From Nemertoderma westbladi (Eukaryota; Animalia; Xenacoelomorpha), in assembly GCA_032718475.1 (NCBI GenBank), contig JAUCBJ010004224.1:121081-185080 (forward strand): a DNA stretch of 64,000 nt, in the 5' to 3' direction. A model generated the notes under the pieces. The model was not told the origin of the DNA. It did no database searches and saw only the letters and a program-made list of their open reading frames with translations. A program made the translations under genes and the position numbers. This document shows, piece by piece, positions 13,860-24,653 of this stretch (its first letter is position 1; each line of letters starts with the position of its first letter).

Positions 13860-15540
13860 ATTGGATCCTGTAACTGTATAACTACAGAACTATGTTACAT
13901 TCGATCTACAAATTCCTAAGCCCAAACAGCCGAATGTAACATTGCCATTTAAAGGAGCAGGTTACAGAGGCGTGTTAGGGGAACCAAAACAATAAACGAT
14001 CCCAAGTTAACACATGTTACAAGATTATGCAAGTTACTTTTATTTAAAGGAGAAGGTTACAGAGGCGTGTTGGGGGAACAAAACAATAAACAAAAGTTAA
14101 CACATGTTACAAGATTATGCAAGTTATTTTTATTTAAAGGAGCATGTTACACACTGACAGGCGAGTTGAGGAACCAAAACAATAAACCTGTAAACGAAAG
14201 TTAACACATGTTACAAGATCTGAAGTTTATGCAGGTTACTCAATTGGGTCTTTGTTTTGTAGGCCTACTCAACAAACTGTTTCTTCCCTTAAATAAACGA
14301 AGCATTTCATTGTTTAACTCCTGAAATCAAAACACAACAGAAATAAATATACCCAAATATAAGTTACATTCAGACATTCGGGCTTAAGGCTTAGTAATTT
14401 GTAGATCGAATGTAACATAGTTATACTGTTATAGGATCCAATGCAAAGAGTCAGGTCAGGTCCCCAGATCCTGCTACCACTATGGCAGTAATGTGGTACT
14501 ACCTGTAGCTGTCAGCCCAGTAGGGCAGGCCCGATAAGCATAGCCTATTCATTATTTAGTTGATCAAGAGTGGGTTGGTTCAGCCCCGTCAACTAAATAA
14601 GTCATTGAGGGCTATAGCGCCTAGGGCACCATTGAAGGCAAAGGCTTGATACGCATCTGCATTAGAGATGATACAAGCCCCGCCCTGTCTATACTGGATG
14701 CTCCTCTACCAGTGTTAGGTAACCTAACCCAGGAGGCACACTTGGTTCAAGGTGTAACAAATGGACCCCTACAGTCGGCAGCAGGGCTGTAGGCCATGGA
14801 TAGGCGGAAGGTAATCAACCAACGGCTAGACAAACTTGACAACCATTGATAATAATCAACTAAGGCAGGTCGATGACTTCCAGTACCTTGGATCATGGAT
14901 AGAGAGTAGCAAAAAGGACATAGAAGTTAGGAAAGCAAAGGCTTGGGTAGCTCTATCAAAAATGGATACCATCTGGAAATCAGATCTCTCCAGGCACCTG
15001 AAGACCAAGTTCTTTCGAGCCACAGTGGAAAGTGTATTTTTATATGGGGGTGAGACATGGACACTGACTAAATCACTTGAACAACGAATTGATGGTTACT
15101 ACACAAGACTACTAAGGGCAGCCCTAAACATCAGCTGGAGACAACACATGACAAACGCTGATCTTTATGGTACAATACCACCTGTATCAACCACCCTCCG
15201 TGAACGCAGATTAAGATTCAGTGGGCACTGCTGGCGAAGTAAAGACGAGGTCATACCAGATCTACTTCTCTGGCAACCAACTCATGGAAAGCGTAGTCGT
15301 GGACGACCTGCCATAACATATATAGATCAACTTGAAAGGGATACTGAACTTGGGAGAAACGAAATTGCGACAACTATGGAGAATCGGGAAGCCTGGAAGG
15401 ATCTCATTTCCACTGTCCGAGTTCGCTCGACCTAGTAGTAGTAGTAGTATAAGTTACATTCAGACATTCGGGCTTAAGGCTTAGTAATTTGTAGATCGAA
15501 GATCGAATGTAACATAGTTATACTGTTATAGGATCCAATG
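13860..15540. mobile_element. MITE/foldback-like element with ~85-bp inverted arms and internal ~75-80-bp tandem repeats, interrupted by an RTE
   Basis: 13860-13940 is the reverse complement of 14363-14443 (duplicated at 15453-15540); three diverged repeats at about 13948-14240. Confidence 0.6.
14444..15447 (+). mobile_element. RTE family 2, bipartite (internally deleted) copy: structured 5' part + last ~200 codons of ORF + (TAG)n tail
   Basis: ORF 14836..15435 (DFQYLGSWI, FLYGGETW, RLRFSGHC, RGRP); tail at 15433-15447; flanked by an 86-bp direct repeat at 14358-14443 and 15448-15540. Confidence 0.85.
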
Positions 15541-15606
15541 TAACATAATTGAGGTTACGTTATATTCGTAAAAACTATGTTACATTCGATCCTGATTACG
15601 GTCAGT

Positions 15607-15670
15607 CTGTCACCTGGTCTAGTGGTGAAATTCCTGTCCTTCCAATTAGGAGGCCCCTGCTCGATCCCTT
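15607..15670 (+). repeat. tRNA-derived (Gly-like) SINE-head/pseudo-tRNA; more decayed inverted relative at about 16070-16165
   Basis: A-box-like TGGTCTAGTGG, anticodon-loop-like CTTCCAA and B-box-like GCTCGATCC; stems imperfect. Confidence 0.5.
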
Positions 15671-17199
15671 GCTGCCTTGACCGTAGCACTGTTTTCTGTT
15701 TGTGCAGTGTTTTAAAAACGGTCCTACGAATTACCCCAAACCAAACTACCCCGAAATACTGGTTTTTCACTCTCGTTTATTGTTTTGGTTAGAAAAACAT
15801 GCCACTGTAACCTGCTCCTTACCCTCGCCGTTTCTAAACATTGTTGGCTTATTTTGGCAGTTTTGTGGTACCGGTCTGCTCTGCCGGTAGGCCTAATATA
15901 GTAATAGTTTAGCCTTTTTGTGGTATTTTGTGACTATTTTGGGTAGACCTAATTCGTAGGACGCTCTAACAGTCCAATGTTAACTAACATATATCAGTAT
16001 ATTGGTTTTATATTGATCACAGCATTAATTCTGTAATTATAAATTTTGTTGTACACAACAGTACACCAGTACACTGCAAAAACAGCGTTGCCTGGTCAAG
16101 GCATCAAACCAGGGCCTCCTACGTCAGTACATGAAAGCCTAAGGTTGTCACCACTACTAGACCATTACAACATGAGGCTGCTTGAAAATAACAATTCAGT
16201 TGCGGTAAATTGTGGTTAGTTGCGGTAAATTATGGTTAGTTGCGGTAAATTGCGGTTTTTAGTAGGACCCCCGTGTAAGTACCGTATACCAGTACTGTAT
16301 AACATTATCATCATGCTGATATATAGTGGTACCTCTACGTTTATCTGTTAGTGTTCCTGTGTTCCTTCGATATTTATGAAAATCATTCCACCTTCATCTC
16401 GCCATGAAGATGCGTAGCGGCACCGAATCTACGTTTTTGCCGTGTTTTATTTGCGGTTGTAATAGCGAACTAGTTCAATTGTATACATTACCGGTACCAA
16501 CTATGGGAGAGGACAATGTTACAAAGGAACCCCTTACCGGTTCTAGTACAATAACTCAGCCATATTTCCCATTTCTTGCACATCATGAACCGGGATTAAA
16601 CTCACCCTCTATGACACAAAATGGTACACTGTTGGCTTGCGCTCTATGTTTTTGGTAAGTCTAATTATTGATGTATTGTATATATTAATTTTTTTAATTT
16701 TGTTTAATTTGGCTAATTTGATTAGCCTATGATGTAATCTTTGCATGTTATGTACAGATGTATGGGTATAATTCGTAGCATATAATTCGTCTGACACCTC
16801 ACCCCGTATCCAGGAATAGCAATACGTTATTTATTTAATTAATACTGGTATCCACGTAGCTTTCTTAAAGAACAGTGGAATATATACGAGGAATCCGACA
16901 CGCCGATATCTAACAGAACTTACTGGGCTAAGAAAGCCCCTGCTACTAGACCGCAAACGGCCTTGGAGGTGAAAATCGCTGCCGAAATCGATGAAAGATT
17001 CCCTATGGCTATTCAGATGCAGGTTGGTGCGAATGTGAAATGAGAGTGAATTCTAATTGTTATTATAAATAACCCTAACCCAGAAGTAGGAAACGACCGA
17101 GGCCCCGGCAAACCCGGCCGATTTTTCAGACCCAGCCCTGGCTCCAGCATCCTATATCATTGAACCTATATCACATCTGTCCAATTCTTTATGTATCTC

Positions 17200-20100
17200 A
17201 TAGATAGATTTATTTATACATTATGTAAAAACAATAACAAATACACCAAACAATGTACCGGTATAAAGGTGTTGTCCAACATAACATATAGGATTACCCC
17301 TAAAGCTTTGCATCTTATTTCCAAGGGGGTCCTTTATGTTACTTGGAACCAATATAAAACGTAATTACACTATGTACATGTACAACTTTACCGAGAGCGT
17401 GACAATGTCCGACTCAATGATAAAGATGTAATGTACAGAACAATTTATTATAAAACGTAATTACAGTATAAATAGTAAATAATTAATAAACTATTAACTT
17501 ACTGTAGGACTATTGTACCTATTTTTACATTGCACATGGAGGTGAGATTTAACTGCAGATTTAAAAGAATGTGGATTATCTAGGTTTTTAATTTCATTAG
17601 GCAGAGCGTTCCAATTTTTTATGCCGTTAAAAAAGAAAGTATCAGATTCGAAGGATTTACAATTCGAGAGGTAGAAGTTTGAAGCACTAGCTCTGGTACT
17701 GTAAGAGTGTGTATCGCGTACTCTGTTGAATTTTTGTTTTAGGTAATTGGGACATTTACCATTATATACTTTATGCACATGGTTAAGGCGTAGCTGCTTA
17801 ACTCTACTATCTAAGTTAAGTAGTCCAGATTCAGAAAAGTCATCTGGAGTTAGGTGGTGCCTAGGTTTGTAGTCTTTAATAAATCGTACTACTTTATTCT
17901 GAGCTACTTGTAATTTACATTTAAGCTGTTTGGTTAAGCCTTCATACCAAGAAGATCATGCATAATCCATGTGACACTGTATTAAAGAAGAGCAAAGTAA
18001 CTTGCGGGAGTCAGTGTTTAAACTATTTTGGTTTCTGTATTGAAACCTAAGCCTACTGTTAACTTTCGAGAAAATATTTTTCACTGTACTTTCTCCTGAT
18101 AAGCAGTTATCCAATGTGGCGCCTAAATATTTAACTTCATTTTTATTTTCAATCTTATGTCCATTACTAGTGACTTCAAACTTAGTTACCTTCTTTAACT
18201 TTCTTTTGGAACCAAACAAAATACTTTCAGTCTTACCGTAGTGAATGGATAGCTTATTATCAACCAACCACTCATTACAGGATTCTAGAACTGCACTTAA
18301 CTTTTGGGAAATATGGATTAGATAGGATCTTTATGAGAGAAAATAAGAGCACTGTCGTCGGCATATAAAATGAGTTTAAAATCGGGATCTATACTACTTA
18401 TCATATCATTTACATAGCATACAAAAAGCAGAGGACCTACTATACTTCCTTGTGGTACACCACAGGTAATCTCTTGTACAGTAGACTGCGATTTGCTAAT
18501 GACTACAGTTTGACCTCTGTCTGACAGGTAGGACTTGAACCAGTCTATAGAACCTACACCCATCAGGCCTAACTTACCAAGCAGAATTTCGTGATCTACA
18601 GTATCGAAAGCCTTTTGTAGGTCCAACATTACCGTACCGGTATATAAACCCTTTGCGTTATTACATCTAATTGTATCAGTTAAGTTAATAAGGCAGGTGT
18701 CTGTAGAATATGATTTACGAAAACCGGACTGAAGTTCATAGATCAGATTTAGCCTACTCAGATGTGCTTCCAGCTGTAGAAAAACAGAACGTTCTAGAAT
18801 TTTAGATACAATACTTAAGATACTAACAGGTCTGTAATTACAGGGTTCTACTTTACTATTCTTTTTATACAGAGGAACAACCTTAGCTAATTTCAGTTCG
18901 TCCGGTACTACATTATCTACGATAGAGTAATTAATAATAAAAGTAATAGGCACTTTAAGTACTTCAGCACCATCCTTAAGAAAACGGGCAGGTATTAGGT
19001 CTAGACTGGTACTTTTTGAGGCTGATAGGCTAAGTAGATTTTGAAAAACGAAATCCTCAGAAACGGGTTTAAAAAATAACTTTTCTGAATTTTGTAACAT
19101 TTCTAAATAAAAATTATTTAGAGTTTCGGACCCTATACTATATTTATTACTTGATAACGGTTTAAGGTTTTTATAACCTAAAGATTTTAGGGTAGACCAT
19201 AGACTTTTAGGATTATCTTTATTCTCACTTATTTTGTTGTACAAATATTCAGATTTAGCTTTTTTTATTTCCCGTTGGACAAGGTTTCTATATTTGCAGT
19301 AATTATTATAATCAGCTAAAACACGGTATTTCCTAAATGTATACAAATAGTTATCTCTTTCTCTGATATTACTAAGAATACCCGAGGTCATCCAGGGTTC
19401 AGTGCGTTGTTTAAGACTAATTTCTTTAATTGGTGCTACAGTATTAAGTGCCTTTAAAAATATATCTTTAAAAACAGTGTACGCAAGGTTAATGTCAGCG
19501 GCCTTAAAACAGGGTTCCCAGTCAGAATTAACTAACAAACTTAAAAAGCGTTCCTTGCTGTAATTTTTCATAGACCTAACTGTTACTGTTTTATGATCCC
19601 CGAAAAAAGATTTTTGTGTCTTTCTTGTGCAAAAAACTATAAAATGATCGCTTAGACCTATAGGTAAAACCCTAGATTGAGAAATAATATCGGTATTATT
19701 ACAAAGGATGTGATCTAGTAAAGTAGAAGTTTTACTGGTAATTCTGGTAGAATCTCGAATAATTTGTTTTAAACCAAACAAATTTAAAATACTTTGGTAG
19801 TGTTTACAGATGGGGGATGCTTTGTGATGGTAACAGATATTAAAATCACCTAAGAAATATATTTCACAGTCTGACCTAAGATTACATAAAATGGTATTTT
19901 CAAAATTTTGCAAAAAATCTGATTGTTTAGGGGGCCGATATATCGGGTTTATAGGGATACCGAGTTTATAGGAGTTTATAGGGACTAGAGGCGACGGTTT
20001 CGAGTTATCCTGGATCTGGGGCGACAGTTTCGAGTTTACTTGGAACTAGGGCGTCGATCTCGAGATTACCTGGATCTGGGGCGACGATCTCTAGCTCACC

Positions 20101-20950
20101 TGGGTCTAGGGCAACGATCTCGAGTTTATCGGGACTAGAGGCGATGGTTTTGAGTTCTCCTGGATCTGGGGCGACAGTTTCGAGTTTACTTGGAACTAGG
20201 GCGTTGATCTCGAGATTACCTGGATCTGGGGCGACGATCTCTAGCTCACCTGGGTCTAGGGCAACGATCTCGTGTTTATCAGGACTAGAGGCGACGGTTT
20301 CGAGTTCTCCTGGATCTGGGGCGACAGTTTCGAGTTTACTTGGATCTAGGGTGTCGATCTCGAGATTACCTGGATCCGGGGCGACGATCTCGAGCTCACC
20401 TGGGTCTGGGGCAACGAACTCAGATTTATCTGCATCCGGACCAATTATAATTTCGAGTTGGAATTTAATAGGCAAGACCAGTACACCCCAATACATAAGG
20501 GAGTGTGGGGGGGCGGATGACAAAGAAATATATTTCACAGTCTGACCTAAGATTACATAAAATTGTATTTTCAAAATTTTGCAAAAAATCTGATTGTTTA
20601 GGGGGCCGATATAAAGTACCGATTAAAATAGGTTTAGTTTTAGGAAGTAAAAGTTCCACCAGTAAAACTTCGTCACAAGTCTCTAAATCTTTCCTATGAT
20701 TAAAAGCTAAATCACATCGAATGTAAGTACAGACACCACCACCGTGTCTGTCCCTATCCTTACGTAAAACTACGTAATTATCAATATAAATTTCTCCATC
20801 AGAAACACTATCATCGAGCCAAGTTTCAGAGATTGTTAAAACTGCTGGGTTGGATTTATTGATTAAAATACGAATTTCGGAAAGTTTGGGAAGCAGAGAT
20901 CGTGCGTTTAAATGCAAAAAATGCAGACCTTTTTTCTTAATAAATTTAAT
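17200..20950 (-). mobile_element. L2/Crack-like LINE ORF2 (APE + RT) with 3' UTR, disrupted
   Basis: HLNARS, ISETWL, GGGV, YRPP, GDFN, SDH, NYRPVS, DLQKAFDTVDH, GVPQGS, YADD in ORFs 20465..20917, 18318..19913, 17956..18267 and 17494..17778; 3' stem-loop at 17291-17332. Confidence 0.92.
19943..20522. repeat. 580-bp insertion containing a 30-bp minisatellite with 120-bp higher-order period
   Basis: Repeats such as GGCGACGATCTCGAG...CCTGGATCTGG (PDPGELEIVA on the minus strand); flanked by a 91-bp direct repeat at 19852-19942 and 20523-20613. Confidence 0.8.
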
Positions 20951-20989
20951 TCAATAGTATCTCCTTATTAAGATATACGAAAACATACT

Positions 20990-23900
20990 TTAATCGAAAA
21001 TGTCTCCAGGCGGAGAGATAGTAGGGGTGTTGAGGGTCTAACCACGGTTATAAATAATAAAAAAGTTAATTTACCGTATGCGCATTTCGCCTGTTGCGGG
21101 TGTCCTCTGCGGTATTTATTTAAGATAAAATGAACATTAAAAACAATTTATATAAAAACAGAATGACTGGCTAGGTAGAACGCGTACATTATCATTATAA
21201 CTATAAGGATATGTTGTGGAGGAAAGTTGGATTCTTTAATAGACTTGTAGTATTCGATTTGGTATAGTGTGCGCGTTCTTAAGAGGTTTAATTTTAAGCA
21301 TTTGTTGACGTCGTAGGAGGCCCTCCGTGTTAAATCCATATATTTAATGTTTCTAACCGACGTCGAGCGTGGCGTGAGCATAATTAATCGAAAATGTCTC
21401 CAGGCGGAGAGATAGTAGGGGTGTTGAGGGTCTAACCACGGTTATAAATAATAAAAAAGTTAATTTACCGTATGCGCATTTCGCCCATTGCGGGTGTCCT
21501 CAGCGGTATTTATTTAAGATAAAATGAACATTAAAAACAATTTATATAAAAACAGAATGACTGGCTAGGTAGAACGCGTACATTATCATTATAACTATAA
21601 GGATATGTTGTGGAGGAAAGTTGGATTCTTTAATAGACTTGTAGTATTCGATTTGGTATAGTGTGCGCGTTCTTAAGAGGTTTAATTTTAAGCATTTGTT
21701 GACGTCGTAGGAGGCCCTCCGTGTTAAATCCATATATTTAATGTTTCTAACTGACGTCGAGCATGGCGTGAGCATAATTAATCGAAAATGTCTCCAGGCG
21801 GAGAGATAGTAGGGGTGTTGAGGGTCTAACCACGGTTATAAATAATAAAAAAGTTAATTTACCGTATGCGCATTTCGCCCGTTGCGGGTGTCCTCAGCGG
21901 TATTTATTTAAGATAAAATGAACATTAAAAACAATTTATATAAAAACAGAATGACTGGCTAGGTAGAACGCGTACATTATCATTATAACTATAAGGATAT
22001 GTTGTGGAGGAAAGTTGGATTCTTTAATAGACTTGTAGTATTCGATTTGGTATAGTGTGCGCGTTCTTAAGAGGTTTAATTTTAAGCATTTGTTGACGTC
22101 GTAGGAGGCCCTCCGTGTTAAATCCATATATTTAATGTTTCTAACCGACGTCAAGCGTGGCGTGAGCATAATTAATCGAAAATGTCTCCAGGCGGAGAGA
22201 TAGTAGGGGTGTTGAGGGTCTAACCACGGTTATAAATAATAAAAAAGTTAATTTACCGTATGCGCATTTCGCCCATTGCGGGTGTCCTCAGCGGTATTTA
22301 TTTAAGATAAAATGAACATTAAAAACAATTTATATAAAAACAGAATGACTGGCTAGGTAGAACGCGTACATTATCATTATAACTATAAGGATATGTTGTG
22401 GAGGAAAGTTGGATTCTTTAATAGACTTGTAGTATTCGATTTGGTATAGTGTGCGCGTTCTTAAGAGGTTTAATTTTAAGCATTTGTTGACGTCGTAGGA
22501 GGCCCTCCGTGTTAAATCCATATATGTAATGTTTCTAACCGACGTCGAGCGTGGCGTGAGCATAATTAATCGAAAATGTCTCCAGGCGGAGAGATAGTAG
22601 GGGTGTTGAGGGTCTAACCACGGTTATAAATAATAAAAAAGTTAATTTACCGTATGCGCATTTCGCCCTTTGCGGGTGTCCTCAGCGGTATTTATTTAAG
22701 ATAAAATGAACATTAAAAACAATTTATATAAAAACAGAATGACTGGCTAGGTAGAACGCGTACATTATCATTATAACTATAAGGATATGTTGTGGAGGAA
22801 AGTTGGATTCTTTAATAGACTTGTAGTATTCGATTTGGTATAGTGTGCGCGTTCTTAAGAGGTTTAATTTTAAGCATTTGTTGACGTCGTAGGAGGCCCT
22901 CCGTGTTAAATCCATATATTTAATGTTTCTAACCGACGTCGAGCATGGCGTGAGCATAATTAATCGAAAATGTCTCCAGGCGGAGAGATAGTAGGGGTGT
23001 TGAGGGTCTAACCACGGTTATAAATAATAAAAAAGTTAATTTACCGTATGCGCATTTCGCCCGTTGCGGGTGTCCTCAGCGGTATTTATTTAAGATAAAA
23101 TGAACATTAAAAACAATTTATATAAAAACAGAATGACTGGCTAGGTAGAACGCGTACATTATCATTATAACTATAAGGATATGTTGTGGAGGAAAGTTGG
23201 ATTCTTTAATAGACTTGTAGTATTCGATTTGGTATAGTGTGCGCGTTCTTAAGAGGTTTAATTTTAAGCATTTGTTGACGTCGTAGGAGGCCCTCCGTGT
23301 TAAATCCATATATTTAATGTTTCTAACCGACGTCGAGCGTGGCGTGAGCATAATTAATCGAAAATGTCTCCAGGCGGAGAGATAGTAGGGGTGTTGAGGG
23401 TCTAACCACGGTTATAAATAATAAAAAAGTTAATTTACCGTATGCGCATTTCGCCCGTTGCGGGTGTCCTCAGCGGTATTTATTTAAGATAAAATGAACA
23501 TTAAAAACAATTTATATAAAAACAGAATGACTGGCTAGGTAGAACGCGTACATTATCATTATAACTATAAGGATATGTTGTGGAGGAAAGTTGGATTCTT
23601 TAATAGACTTGTAGTATTCGATTTGGTATAGTGTGCGCGTTCTTAAGAGGTTTAATTTTAAGCATTTGTTGACGTCGTAGGAGGCCCTCCGTGTTAAATC
23701 CATATATTTAATGTTTCTAACCGACGTCGAGCGTGGCGTGAGCATAATTAATTGAAAATGTCTCCAGGCGGAGAGATAGTAGGGGTATTGAGGGTCTAAC
23801 CACGGTTATAAATAATAAAAAAGTTAATTTACCGTATGCGCATTTCGCCCGTTGTGGGTGTCCTCAGCGGTATTTATTTAAGATAAAATGAACATTAAAA

Positions 23901-24593
23901 ACAATTTATATAAAAACAGAATGACTGGCTAGGTATAACGCGTACATTATCATTATAACTATAAGGATATGTTGTGGAGGAAAGTTGGATTCTTTAATAG
24001 ACTTGTAGTATTCGTTTTGGTATAGTGTGCGCGTTCTTAAGAGGTTTAATTTTAAGCATTTGTTGACGTCGTATGAGGCCCTCCGTGTTAAATCCATATA
24101 TTTAATGTTTCTAACCGACGTCGAGCGTGGCGTGAGCATAATTAATCGAAAATGTCTCCAGGCGGAGAGATAGTAGGGGTGTTGAGGGTCTAACCACGGT
24201 TATAAATAATAAAAAAGTTAATTTACCGTATGCGCATTTCGCCCGTTGCGGGTGTCCTCAGCAGTATTTATTTAAGATAAAATGAACATTAAAAACAATT
24301 TATATAAAAACGGAATGACTGGCTAGGTAGAACGCGTACATTATCATTATAACTATAAGGATATGTTGTGGAGGAAAGTTGGATTCTTTAATAGACTTGT
24401 AGTATTCGATTTGGTATAGTGTGCGCGTTCTTAAGAGGTTTAATTTTAAGCATTTGTTGACGTCGTAGGAGGCCCTCCGTGTTAAATCCATATATTTAAT
24501 GTTTCTAACCGACGTCGAGCATGGCGTGAGCATAATTAATCGAAAATGTCTCCAGGCGGAGAGATAGTAGGGGTGTTGAGGGTCTAACCACGG
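20990..24593 (-). repeat. 394-bp tandem array (9 units + 58 bp), each unit with a hammerhead motif; retrozyme/Penelope pLTR-like
   Basis: The same 77-aa ORF recurs every 394 bp; units differ by only a few substitutions. Confidence 0.97.
21860..21902 (-). ncRNA. Minimal type I hammerhead ribozyme (representative; others at 21072, 21466, 22254, 22648, 23042, 23436, 23830 and 24224, each 43 nt)
   Basis: Minus strand UACCG-CUGAGGA-CA-CCCGCAACGGG-C-GAAA-UGCGCA-UA-CGGUA: stem I UACCG/CGGUA, CUGANGA and GAAA boxes, palindromic stem III (AUGCGCAU), AUA cleavage triplet; non-canonical A10.1-C11.1. Confidence 0.75.
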
Positions 24594-24641
24594 CAACACC
24601 CTCAACACCCCTACTATCTCTCCGCCTGGAGACATTTTCGA
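24540..24641. repeat. Terminal fold-back: perfect 44-bp inverted repeat with a 14-nt loop at the end of the array
   Basis: 24598-24641 is the reverse complement of 24540-24583. Confidence 0.93.
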
Positions 24642-24653
24642 CATAATAAGACC

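Larger units (their letters stand above)
6974..16270. mobile_element. Non-autonomous TIR element B with several nested insertions
   Basis: Left arm 6974-7100 (CGGTCCTACTAAAAACCGCAATTT..., 20-bp subrepeats) is the reverse complement of about 16150-16270, which ends GGACCC; TSD imperfect. Confidence 0.7.

Noticed and set aside
21148-24644. Repeated 77-aa ORF as a tandem gene family, or the array as CRISPR
   Set aside because: No spacers or cas genes, eukaryotic context, and no recognisable domain; better explained as a ribozyme-bearing repeat.
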